A DNA stretch of 64,000 nt, taken from Candidatus Saccharimonadota bacterium (lineage in GTDB: Bacteria > Patescibacteriota > Saccharimonadia > Saccharimonadales > DTSZ01). The translations under genes were made by a program, and so were the position numbers. Numbering within the stretch: position 1 is the stretch's first letter; each line of letters starts with the position of its first letter. Positions 18,204 to 27,221 of the stretch are shown piece by piece. The stretch covers positions 812,024 through 876,023 of the forward strand of contig DTSZ01000001.1 of assembly GCA_012965045.1 (NCBI GenBank), read 5' to 3'. The notes below the pieces were generated by a model. That model was not told the DNA's origin. It saw only the letters and a program-made list of their open reading frames with translations, and did no database searches.

Positions 18204-19538
18204 ATGGACCCATCTAACCAACAGCCACAAACTCAGCAGCCAGCAAATCTGACTCCTAAGCAGCAGATTGCTGAACAAATTAAAGCTGCAGCGAACATTG
18301 TTGTTTCTACTAATAAACAACCTACTCTAGACGAAATCACCACTGTTATTGGGTTTACTCACATGCTGCAGGCAATGGGCAAACATGCTACAGGAGTTAT
18401 TAGTACCACCTTGCCAAAGGCCGTAGAGTTTTTAAACCCGAAAGCCGTAATAGAAGGCGACACAAAGCGTCTACAAGATTTTGTCGTCTCACTCCATAAA
18501 GACAAAGCTGACAAATTACGCTATAAGGTTGATGGCGACCATGTAAAAATATTTATTACGCCGTACAAAACAGTTATTTCAGAAAAAGACTTTAGTTTTA
18601 CCGCTGGCGATTACAACATAGATACTGTTGTGGCTGTTGGTGTTATGCAGCGCAATGACGTTGATGACGCTTTACTAGTGAGCCCAAGAATCCTTGGCGA
18701 CACTAAAGTTGTTACTCTGAATAAGGGTGAAGCGGTCAGTACTTTTGGTGCTGTTAATTGGAGTGAACCACAAGCTGTATCGGTTGCCGAAATGGCAATG
18801 AGTATTAGCGAATCCCTTGGCAGTGGCTTACTTAAACCAGAAAGCTCACAAGCATTACTGACAGGGTTGGTGTCTGCAACAGACCAATTTGGTAACGATT
18901 TAACTACTCCTAAAATTATGACAATGGCAGCACAATTAATGGCTGCTGGAGCTGATCAACAAGTTATTGTTAAAAATCTACAAGACGCTAATCACGTTAA
19001 AGTGGTGAGTAACGCGGCTGACCAACCTGAGCCGGTTGCCGAAAAAACAAACGAACAACCGACTAAGGCACACGCTAAGCCAGTTAAAAATGAACAAGCT
19101 CAACCTGAGCAAAAGTCAGACGCGAGTGAGCAAAAGCCAGAGCCAAAAGAAGAAAAAACAGTTAGCGAGGTTGCTCGCGAAGAACAACCTGCGTCTGAGC
19201 CAGCAAAAAAAGAACAGCCAAAAACAAACAGCGACACTAAATCAGAGCCACACGTAAACACGTCACCAGAACTCCCTACCTTAAAATCAGTACTTGAAAA
19301 TAAGGCAGTCCCAACTCAAGAACAAGCAAGCCAAAAGCCAGCTTCGGAATCCGCACATAAAACCGCTACAGATAACACAGGTGTAGACAGCGCACGTGCG
19401 GCAGTAAAGCAGGCCGAAGATGCTCGGGCTCCGAAAAATCCAGAACCTACCCAAAGCTTGAACGCGCAAAATGTTGAAAACAACAGTTCTGGCGACATCG
19501 AAATCGACCACAACGGCGATATCCTTTTACCACAGTAA
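18204..19538 (+). CDS. degenerate DHH/NrnA-like protein with a long K/E/P/Q-rich low-complexity C-terminal half
   Basis: LLTGLVSATDQFGNDLTTPKIMTMAAQLMAAGADQQ resembles the NrnA GIxTDTGxF...Gad region. The DHH catalytic residues are not evident. A DHH gene near truB is a known synteny. Confidence 0.4.
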   Translation: MDPSNQQPQTQQPANLTPKQQIAEQIKAAANIVVSTNKQPTLDEITTVIGFTHMLQAMGKHATGVISTTLPKAVEFLNPKAVIEGDTKRLQDFVVSLHKDKADKLRYKVDGDHVKIFITPYKTVISEKDFSFTAGDYNIDTVVAVGVMQRNDVDDALLVSPRILGDTKVVTLNKGEAVSTFGAVNWSEPQAVSVAEMAMSISESLGSGLLKPESSQALLTGLVSATDQFGNDLTTPKIMTMAAQLMAAGADQQVIVKNLQDANHVKVVSNAADQPEPVAEKTNEQPTKAHAKPVKNEQAQPEQKSDASEQKPEPKEEKTVSEVAREEQPASEPAKKEQPKTNSDTKSEPHVNTSPELPTLKSVLENKAVPTQEQASQKPASESAHKTATDNTGVDSARAAVKQAEDARAPKNPEPTQSLNAQNVENNSSGDIEIDHNGDILLPQ

Positions 19539-19574
19539 GAAAAGCGTTAGAAAGAGAAATACGGTTCTAAGTTT

Positions 19575-20621
19575 ATGAACGAAGCCTTTCCAGTTAGTCC
19601 AGATAACGAACTTACATATACCAGAGATGGGTTTATGGCTCCGATTGAATTTGTGAATAGCTCCGCAGATACTGATCTAGAAGTGACATTACCGGGTTTT
19701 GCAGAATTTATTAATCAACCCACACCATTGGTAGATGCAGCGATTGAGAAAATCTCTCACTCTAGATCAAGAGTTATAGAGAGATTTAAGACCAGAACTC
19801 TAGAAGATACTGAACTCGAGGACTTTGAACCTTTTAGGGTGTTTAATCGCGCCTCTAAGCTCGATCCTATTGACCCCGAAATCGCAACGGTTATTGCTTT
19901 AGCTGAAGACTTAGATTTGCGCTTCAAGGACTTTGCCAACCAGAAGTATGTGCCACGCAATTTGCGCAGAGGCTTAGAGCCGGAAAGATCTTGGAGCGGT
20001 AGCAACTGGCCGCAAAACGCGTCAATAACCGGCGAGCATTGGGCTGTATATGTGCCTAAGGGTCAAAGAGAACGAGCATGGAATAGTATGCAAGAAGTAG
20101 TTACTTCTACATTTATGAAACGGTTTCATTTTAGACCTCAACTAGATGTTCTAGATGAGAACGACGAGCCGACTCGAGTAATTTTTAAGGCATCGATCTT
20201 GCCATACGCGGCTTGGCAAGGGTTCCCGTTATATCCGGAAACAATACAGTATCAAGAGACTGGTGAAACTGAGGTTGTTGATAAAGCAAAACAAACGCAA
20301 GAGCAAATTAGACAGTCTCTTAGGACTGATTTTTTGTTTAGAGGACAACCAAAAGAGGAAGTGGAAAATTATCCACGTGTTTTGCTGACAAGTGCATTGC
20401 AGAATATTCACAATACGGAGGGCAGAGATGCCATTCTTACTGAGGATAAACATATAACAGGAGAAGACGGAAGAGTTCTACGGACTTTGCTGGGGGGCAT
20501 AAAAAAACGAAGATTAGGCTCGGGCTTATACTATAGGCAAGCTTGTGAATTTATCTTAGCAAGAAACATAGAACCGTTTACGCCGGAAGAAGTACAGGAA
20601 AGAATTAATACGTTAAAATAA
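19575..20621 (+). CDS. hypothetical protein
   Basis: 348-aa ORF with no signal peptide and no motif recognised. Confidence 0.55.
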   Translation: MNEAFPVSPDNELTYTRDGFMAPIEFVNSSADTDLEVTLPGFAEFINQPTPLVDAAIEKISHSRSRVIERFKTRTLEDTELEDFEPFRVFNRASKLDPIDPEIATVIALAEDLDLRFKDFANQKYVPRNLRRGLEPERSWSGSNWPQNASITGEHWAVYVPKGQRERAWNSMQEVVTSTFMKRFHFRPQLDVLDENDEPTRVIFKASILPYAAWQGFPLYPETIQYQETGETEVVDKAKQTQEQIRQSLRTDFLFRGQPKEEVENYPRVLLTSALQNIHNTEGRDAILTEDKHITGEDGRVLRTLLGGIKKRRLGSGLYYRQACEFILARNIEPFTPEEVQERINTLK

Positions 20622-20628
20622 TAAAATT

Positions 20629-21300
20629 ATGAACAGAATTTTATTAATAGATAAGCCAGCTGGTTGGACGAGTTTCGATGTTGTTGCTAAAGTTCGTGGA
20701 GTTTTAAAAAAACAAACAGGGCAAAAAGTAAAAGTGGGCCATAGCGGCACCCTAGACCCGTTTGCAACTGGCCTATTGGTGCTCGGTGTTGGTAGCTATA
20801 CCAAAAAACTCACCGAACTTACTGGTCTTGATAAAACCTATGAGGCTGCAGCAATTTTAGGCAAAACATCGACCACGGGCGACCCAGAAGGTGAACTAAC
20901 AGCAGTGTCTAATGTGCAGCCAAGCCAACAGGATATTCTCGATGTCTTTGATCAATTTACCGGCGATATTGAGCAAGTTCCGCCAGCGTTTTCTGCCAAA
21001 AAAGTAAACGGTAAGCGAGCATACGACCTAGCACGGGCTGGAAAAGAGGTTACGCTACAGCCGGTAGAAGTTACGGTTCATCAACTAGAGTTAGTTAGCT
21101 ATCAATACCCAGAGTTAAAATTTATAGTAAAAGTTAGCAAGGGCACCTACATTAGAACATTAGCCGAGGACATTGGCTGGGCTTTAACAACAGGAGCGTA
21201 CCTTACCCAGTTGCGCAGGACTGAGGTTGGAGAGTTCATTGTTGATGATGCATTTGATGTTTCAGATTTCTGCGAGCAACTCTCAGCAGATGCCGCATAA
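20629..21300 (+). CDS. truB: tRNA pseudouridine(55) synthase
   Basis: GHSGTLDPFATGLLVLGVG catalytic-Asp motif, and truB-rpsO-pnp synteny. Confidence 0.92.
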   Translation: MNRILLIDKPAGWTSFDVVAKVRGVLKKQTGQKVKVGHSGTLDPFATGLLVLGVGSYTKKLTELTGLDKTYEAAAILGKTSTTGDPEGELTAVSNVQPSQQDILDVFDQFTGDIEQVPPAFSAKKVNGKRAYDLARAGKEVTLQPVEVTVHQLELVSYQYPELKFIVKVSKGTYIRTLAEDIGWALTTGAYLTQLRRTEVGEFIVDDAFDVSDFCEQLSADAA

Positions 21301-21359
21301 CATGCATTTGTTGACTTTATCTGTTGCACACCTGTGGAAAGTTTGCTAAAGTACTCGAG

Positions 21360-21626
21360 ATGATTACTAAAGAGGCAAAATCCAAAGCAATTAAAAGCGT
21401 ACAACGCGGTACAAGCGATGTGGGCTCTCCAGAAGTGCAAGTTGCTGTTTTTACAGACCGTATTAAAGAGTTAACCGAACACCTTAAAACTCACAAGAAA
21501 GACAACCACTCACGTCGTGGACTCCTGCAACTAGTCGGAAAGCGCAAAAAGCAATTGAACTTTTTAAAGCAAACCAACCCAGAAAAATACCAAGAACTTG
21601 TAAAAAAGCTTGGCCTACGCGGTTAG
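21360..21626 (+). CDS. rpsO: 30S ribosomal protein S15
   Basis: Start at ATG 21360 gives MITKEAK...GSPEVQVAVFTDRIKELTEHLKTHKKDNHSRRGLL...LGLRG, the S15 signature. Confidence 0.93.
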   Translation: MITKEAKSKAIKSVQRGTSDVGSPEVQVAVFTDRIKELTEHLKTHKKDNHSRRGLLQLVGKRKKQLNFLKQTNPEKYQELVKKLGLRG

Positions 21627-21649
21627 TTAGACTCCAGAAATTGGACCAA

Positions 21650-21697
21650 AGATTCTTAAAAAACCTAGAATCTTTAATCTAGAATCTGTATTCTAGA
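21650..21697 (+). promoter_or_regulatory. two adjacent perfect stem-loops in the rpsO-pnp spacer (rpsO terminator and/or pnp leader)
   Basis: Hairpin 1 is AGATTCT (21650-56), a 10-nt loop, then AGAATCT (21667-73). Hairpin 2 is TCTAGAAT (21678-85), loop ctgt, then ATTCTAGA (21690-97). Confidence 0.5.
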
Positions 21698-21794
21698 AGA
21701 GTAAATTAAGAGATTTGCGCCAGAGAAGAGCTATTCATATTAAGAATGGTTTTACCTTGGAACAAATCTCGTAAAGATTAGAAAGAGAGTGTAT

Positions 21795-23903
21795 ATGAGC
21801 ACTATTAATCCTTTTGGTAAGAGCGTAGAGAAAGTCACTGCGCAATTTTGTGGTAAAGAAGTAACTATTGAAACCGGTCGCGTTGGCTTTCAAAGCAGCA
21901 CGGTAACCGTACGCTATGGCGACACGGTCATTATGGGTGTCGGACTTGCAAAAGAAGACCCAGACCCACACGCAAGCTATTTCCCATTAATGATTGATTA
22001 CGAAGAAAAAATGTATGCAGCGGGCAAAATTAGCGGCAGCCGCTTTATTAAGCGTGAAGGTCGCCCAAGTGACGATGCTGTACTGATTTCGCGATTGATC
22101 GATCGTCCAATCCGCCCACTGTTTCCAAAGAACTATCGCAACGAAGTTCAAGGGATGGCGCTGGTACTTAGCTTAGACCCAGAGGTCAAAGCGGATATTC
22201 CAGCCATGCTAGCCGTATCGTGTGCCCTTAAAATGACTGGCGCGCCATTTGCTGGCCCAGTTGCTGGTGTTCGTGTTGGCTTAATTAACGACGAACTTGT
22301 AGCTAACCCAACCGTCAGCCAAATGAAAGAAAGCAAGCTTGATCTGTTTGTAGCTGGCACCAAAGAAGCCATTATGATGGTTGAAGCTGGCGCGCAGATC
22401 GTTAGTGAAGAAGTCATGGTTAAGGCGCTTGAATTGGCTCACACGCATATTAAAGAAGGTGTAGCAGTACAGACGGAGCTAATTAGCAAACTAGATGTGA
22501 AAATGCATCAAATTGTCACTATTGACGACAACCAAGACTTAAAAGAGCGAATGGAAAACTTTATTTCTGACAAGCTTGACCCGCTTACGGACGAAAGCAC
22601 CTTAGCTCGCGAAGAAGCTGTACGAGCATTACGCGATCGAGTTGTTGAGCACTTTGTTCCACACGAAGGTGAACATGATGACAACGAAGATATTGAAGAA
22701 GTTAAAGAAATCTTTGCTCACTTAATGAAGCAAGTTGTACGCCAAGGTATTTTAGAGCGTGAAGAACGCCCAGACCGACGAGGTCCTGAGGACATTCGTC
22801 CACTAAGCAGTGAAGTTGGTGTGTTGCCGCGGACTCACGGTTCAAGCATATTCACTCGTGGCTTAACTCAGGCAATTAACATTACTACGCTTGCACCAAC
22901 CAGCTATGCACAAGTAGTAGACACCATGACACGTGACGAAGAAGTTAATTTCTTCCATCACTATAACTTCCCAGGCTGGAGTGTTGGTGAGATTCAGCGC
23001 CCACGCAGTACTGGTCGTCGTGAAATTGGCCATGGTCACCTTGCCGAACGAGCGTTAAGTGCAGTTATTCCAACAACCGAAGAATTCCCTTACACCATTC
23101 GAACGGTCAGCGAAATTACCAGCTCTGCAGGTTCTACTTCTATGGCTTCAGTTTGTTCTGGTTGTTTGAGCTTAATGGACGCAGGTGTACCAATTAAAGC
23201 GCCGGTAGCAGGTATTGCCATGGGCTTAGTGACTGATGGTGAAAAAGAAGTTGTTTTAAGCGACATCATGGACCAAGAAGATTTTGCTGGTGATATGGAC
23301 TTTAAAGTCGCTGGTACTGCCGACGGTATTACTGCGCTACAAATGGACATTAAAGTACAAGGTCTTTCGACTGAACTGCTTGCTCGTGCCCTTGACCAAG
23401 CGAAACGTGCTCGACTACAGATTTTAGACAGCATGTTGGCTACCTTGCCTGAATATCGCAAAGAAATGAGTGCATACGCTCCGCGAATTGAAACTATTAC
23501 CGTTCCAGAAGACAAAGTCCGCGAAATCATCGGTAAAGGCGGCGAGACTATCAACAAGATTATCGACGAAACTGGTGTTGAAATAGACATTAAAGACGGC
23601 GGAATCGTAATGGTTGCTGCTACTGACCAAGCTGCTCGTGACGCGGCTATACAAATGATTAATGACATAACTGCCGAGCCCGAAGTAGGAAAGACCTACA
23701 CCGGTAAGGTTGTAGGCATTAAAGACTTTGGTGTCTTTATGGAGTTCATGCCAGGCAAAGAAGGCATGGTGCATGTGAGTGAAATGGCTAACGAACGCGT
23801 TGAACATCCTAGCGACATTGTGAAAATGGGCGATCAAGGTCCTGTTAAAGTGATTGGTATCGATGATCAAGGGCGAGTTAAGCTAAGCATGAAGCAAGCG
23901 TAA
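21795..23903 (+). CDS. pnp: polyribonucleotide nucleotidyltransferase (PNPase)
   Basis: Two RNase PH domains, a KH domain (IREIIGKGGETINKI) and an S1 domain (GKVVGIKDFGVFMEF). I prefer the ATG at 21795 over the track GTG at 21789. Confidence 0.95.
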   Translation: MSTINPFGKSVEKVTAQFCGKEVTIETGRVGFQSSTVTVRYGDTVIMGVGLAKEDPDPHASYFPLMIDYEEKMYAAGKISGSRFIKREGRPSDDAVLISRLIDRPIRPLFPKNYRNEVQGMALVLSLDPEVKADIPAMLAVSCALKMTGAPFAGPVAGVRVGLINDELVANPTVSQMKESKLDLFVAGTKEAIMMVEAGAQIVSEEVMVKALELAHTHIKEGVAVQTELISKLDVKMHQIVTIDDNQDLKERMENFISDKLDPLTDESTLAREEAVRALRDRVVEHFVPHEGEHDDNEDIEEVKEIFAHLMKQVVRQGILEREERPDRRGPEDIRPLSSEVGVLPRTHGSSIFTRGLTQAINITTLAPTSYAQVVDTMTRDEEVNFFHHYNFPGWSVGEIQRPRSTGRREIGHGHLAERALSAVIPTTEEFPYTIRTVSEITSSAGSTSMASVCSGCLSLMDAGVPIKAPVAGIAMGLVTDGEKEVVLSDIMDQEDFAGDMDFKVAGTADGITALQMDIKVQGLSTELLARALDQAKRARLQILDSMLATLPEYRKEMSAYAPRIETITVPEDKVREIIGKGGETINKIIDETGVEIDIKDGGIVMVAATDQAARDAAIQMINDITAEPEVGKTYTGKVVGIKDFGVFMEFMPGKEGMVHVSEMANERVEHPSDIVKMGDQGPVKVIGIDDQGRVKLSMKQA

Positions 23904-23924
23904 GCTAAAATCATAGATTTTAGC
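23904..23924 (+). terminator. hairpin immediately after the pnp stop
   Basis: GCTAAAATC, loop ata, GATTTTAGC: a perfect 9-bp stem. The downstream U-tract is weak. Confidence 0.35.
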
Positions 23925-23967
23925 GGTAGTTTGTAGATCGTATTTGGCAGTTAGTATGGAACACTAA

Positions 23968-24447
23968 ATGAGTGAGATATTACGAAAGAGCGTTGGTAAG
24001 GCAATAGTAATTCATCGCCCTTCAATGAGCGCACTAATTCTGCGGTTGAACAAAGCAGAAAGAGCGCGTCGCAGTACGCCAAACGTTGAATACGATGAAT
24101 GGCACATACCTGGTGGGAGCACCGAACCAGAAGACGGTGGATCAAAGCAGCGAGCCGCTATTCGTGAAACATTTGAAGAAACAGGACAAAATATAAATGT
24201 AATTGGATCACTAGGTTCAGCAGCATGGAATGCGTTTTTCGAAGGTTCACCCGCGGATTTCAGTGCGGAATTCTTCCTTTGCCTACTAGAAGACGAAAAG
24301 TCTGAAGTACCTGAAATTATGCTAAGCAATGAAAGCAGTGAGGCTGCTTGGGTGTCAGTTGAAGAACTTGACAGATATGAGCAGCGAGGTTTAACCCCAG
24401 AAGCTAAGAAGTTCATCTTACTTGGCTTCGAAAGAATCAATGAGTAA
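23968..24447 (+). CDS. NUDIX hydrolase
   Basis: Nudix box core GGSTEPEDGGSKQRAAIRETFEETG. Confidence 0.8.
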   Translation: MSEILRKSVGKAIVIHRPSMSALILRLNKAERARRSTPNVEYDEWHIPGGSTEPEDGGSKQRAAIRETFEETGQNINVIGSLGSAAWNAFFEGSPADFSAEFFLCLLEDEKSEVPEIMLSNESSEAAWVSVEELDRYEQRGLTPEAKKFILLGFERINE

Positions 24448-25057
24448 ACAGTCACAGATTAGTCAACTAACCCAACAGATCAAATATAACGAGGTCTGCA
24501 AAAAGCTAGCAGATCAAGCTACTCAATTGGTAATGGGCGAGGGAAACCTAGATGCAGACCTTGTTTTTATTGGCGAAGCACCAGGCAAGAAGGAAGATGA
24601 GCTAGGACGGCCCTTTGTTGGGGCCAGCGGAAAGTTTTTAGACGAGATGCTCAGTAGCATTAACCTAAAACGCGAAGATGTTTACATTACAAACATCGTT
24701 AAGTATCGTCCACCAAATAACCGCGACCCGTTGCCTCAAGAAAAGCACGAATTTAGGAGGTATTTAGACCAACAACTTGCTATAATAAAGCCAAAGTTAA
24801 TTGTGACACTCGGTCGGCATTCCGGCATGGAATTCCTACCGAGTCTCAAAATCAGCAGAGACCACGGTCACGCTATGCGCGTGAGTACAGAGTCTAGACT
24901 ATTGAGTAGCGAGCTCGGCGACAAAGATGGCAAAATTAGTATCTTGCCACTTTATCACCCTGCCGCTGCACTATATAACGGATCTCAGCGCCAAACTCTG
25001 CTTGATGACTTCTCTAAAATTCCACAAATTTTAGAGCTTATTAACGAACAACAATAA
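24440..25057 (+). CDS. family-4 uracil-DNA glycosylase
   Basis: GEGNLDADLVFIGEAPGKKEDELGRPFVGASGKFL and LYHPAA motifs. The ATG at 24440 overlaps the Nudix stop. Confidence 0.85.
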   Translation: MSKQSQISQLTQQIKYNEVCKKLADQATQLVMGEGNLDADLVFIGEAPGKKEDELGRPFVGASGKFLDEMLSSINLKREDVYITNIVKYRPPNNRDPLPQEKHEFRRYLDQQLAIIKPKLIVTLGRHSGMEFLPSLKISRDHGHAMRVSTESRLLSSELGDKDGKISILPLYHPAAALYNGSQRQTLLDDFSKIPQILELINEQQ

Positions 25058-25113
25058 AGTAACAATAAAAGACCTGCCGCTGTCGAAAGCCGTGGCGGGC
25101 AAGAAGGAAAAAT

Positions 25114-27183
25114 ATGACAGAAGATAAGAAGAAAAAACACTTAGAGCGACTACGCCAACACCAGGCTCAACGCTCAACTGGTGAAGATGCAGCCCGTGGA
25201 GGCTCATCAAATAGTAAGCCGAGCGCTAAAAAACCAGCGTCTAGGAACAACAATACTAAGCAAAATGGTGGGGCAAAAAAGACTAATCGCATACAAACCA
25301 ACGGTATGGAAACACACCGGGGGCAAGCTATACGGGCGAGCCGACGTACGCATGAAATGGCAGACAAGCTAATTGAAATCCACAACGTGCAGGAAATATC
25401 ACCTGAACGCCGTGCAAACGTAAAGCCCCTCACCGATAAAGAAGTACTACGACTTACGCCACTTGGTGGCCAAGATGGTATTGGCGAAAAAAATATGCAA
25501 GTGCTTGAGTACGGCGATACAGCTGTAGTTATTGACTGCGGCATGGACTTAGGTATTGACCTGCCAGGAGTTAATTTTGGTATTCCAGACGCGAGCTACC
25601 TCGATAAAATTAAACACAAGCTCAAAGGCTACATTATCACTCATGGTCACTTAGACCACATTGGCGGCATGCCATATGTTGTACCAAAGTATCCAGCGCC
25701 AATTTACGGCAGCCACTTTACGATTGGTATGGTTAAAAAAGTTATGGGTGACCGCGAGCGAGGTGTTGAAGTAGAAAACTTTGAACCAGAGTTTGTGGAA
25801 ATGAACATGGACAACCACGAAAAACTTAAACTTGGCGATTTTTACGTTGAGTTAATTCGCATGACCCACTCAATACCAGACAGCTCTGCAGTTGTTATTG
25901 AAACTCCGCTAGGACGGGTTATTAACAGTGGTGACTTTAGGTTAGACCCAGAGCCGCTTGATCACCGCCCTAGTGATGTTGAGCGCTTAAAGGAATTCGG
26001 AAAAGACGGCAAGACGTTGCTACTTATGAGTGACAGCACCAACTCGCAAAAAGAGGGGCGCACACCAACAGAAAGCACGTTAGAACCAAGTTTTCACGAC
26101 ATAATCACCAAGGCTGAGGGCCGAGTATTCGTCGCTAGCTTTAGTTCCAACATGAACCGTATCCAGATGATTATTAACGCAGCAGTTGCTGCTGGGCGGA
26201 AAGTCGCGATCGACGGACGCAGCATGCTATCAACACTAGAACTTGCAGTAAAACTCGGGACTATTAAAGTCCCGCGCGGAACAGTTACAACCCTTAAGTC
26301 GATGCCTAATCTCCCTGACAGAGAAGTACTTGTAGTACAAACAGGCGGCCAAGGTGAGCTTAATGCCAGCTTGCAACGGATGAGTGTTGGTGAGCACCAA
26401 TACCTAAAACTAAAAGAAGGTGACACGGTTGTTATTAGTTCGACACCTATTCCTGGTAACAATGTGCGTTACGACCAAATTAGCGATGACCTAATTCGGC
26501 TTGGCGTACGTCTATATCGAGCCCCAACTCATAAAGTTGACGGCGTTGGCCCACTGCACGTGTCTGGTCACGCTAGCAGAGAAGAACAACTAGAGTTAAT
26601 CGACTACGTGAAGCCAAAATACTTTATTCCTATTTATGCCGGTCCATTGCACCGTAAGTATCATATGGAAAATGCGATTTATAATGGTGGTTTTGATTCT
26701 CGAAACACCTTTATGCTCGACGCTGGTGAAACCATGGACTTTGTGAATGGAGTTGCAAAATATGGCCCTAAAGTACCCGTTGGAACACAGCTTGTTGATA
26801 ACACCGGCTCGTTAGTACCAAGTGTTGTGGTAAAAGACCGCGTTGTACTGGCAGAAGACGGTGTAGTGACAGTTATTGTCACAGTTGACCGTAAGTCAGG
26901 TCGCTTATTGACCAGCCCAGACATTATTACCCGTGGCTTTATTTACATGCGTGACAATGCCGAGCTAATGGACGGGATTCGCAACGAACTTAAGCGGGCG
27001 GTAAATCAACGCTTTAAACGAGTTGAACTTGACCGCTTTAAGCAAGAACTTAAAGACCACATTACGCATTTCTTGTTCGAGCATACTCGCCGCAGCCCAA
27101 TGGTTATTCCAGTGGTAAATGCAATTGGCTCTAACGGCAAAAGCCAAATAAAGCCAAAACCAAAACCTGACGCAAGTCATTAA
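25114..27183 (+). CDS. rnj: ribonuclease J with a ~95-aa basic N-terminal extension
   Basis: The beta-lactamase/beta-CASP core has ITHGHLDHIGG, and VSGHASREE occurs later. Confidence 0.9.
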   Translation: MTEDKKKKHLERLRQHQAQRSTGEDAARGGSSNSKPSAKKPASRNNNTKQNGGAKKTNRIQTNGMETHRGQAIRASRRTHEMADKLIEIHNVQEISPERRANVKPLTDKEVLRLTPLGGQDGIGEKNMQVLEYGDTAVVIDCGMDLGIDLPGVNFGIPDASYLDKIKHKLKGYIITHGHLDHIGGMPYVVPKYPAPIYGSHFTIGMVKKVMGDRERGVEVENFEPEFVEMNMDNHEKLKLGDFYVELIRMTHSIPDSSAVVIETPLGRVINSGDFRLDPEPLDHRPSDVERLKEFGKDGKTLLLMSDSTNSQKEGRTPTESTLEPSFHDIITKAEGRVFVASFSSNMNRIQMIINAAVAAGRKVAIDGRSMLSTLELAVKLGTIKVPRGTVTTLKSMPNLPDREVLVVQTGGQGELNASLQRMSVGEHQYLKLKEGDTVVISSTPIPGNNVRYDQISDDLIRLGVRLYRAPTHKVDGVGPLHVSGHASREEQLELIDYVKPKYFIPIYAGPLHRKYHMENAIYNGGFDSRNTFMLDAGETMDFVNGVAKYGPKVPVGTQLVDNTGSLVPSVVVKDRVVLAEDGVVTVIVTVDRKSGRLLTSPDIITRGFIYMRDNAELMDGIRNELKRAVNQRFKRVELDRFKQELKDHITHFLFEHTRRSPMVIPVVNAIGSNGKSQIKPKPKPDASH

Positions 27184-27221
27184 GCTTTATAACAGATTAG
27201 ATTTGCCGTATAATTGCATTT

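Noticed and set aside
23090-23870. Two long antisense ORFs (192 and 148 aa) within pnp.
   Set aside because: They are shadow ORFs opposite a conserved gene and contain no motifs.
25058-25113. Possible terminator hairpin after the UDG gene (CCTGCCGC...GCGGGCAAG).
   Set aside because: The arms pair only imperfectly and no U-tract follows, so it is not reported as a feature.
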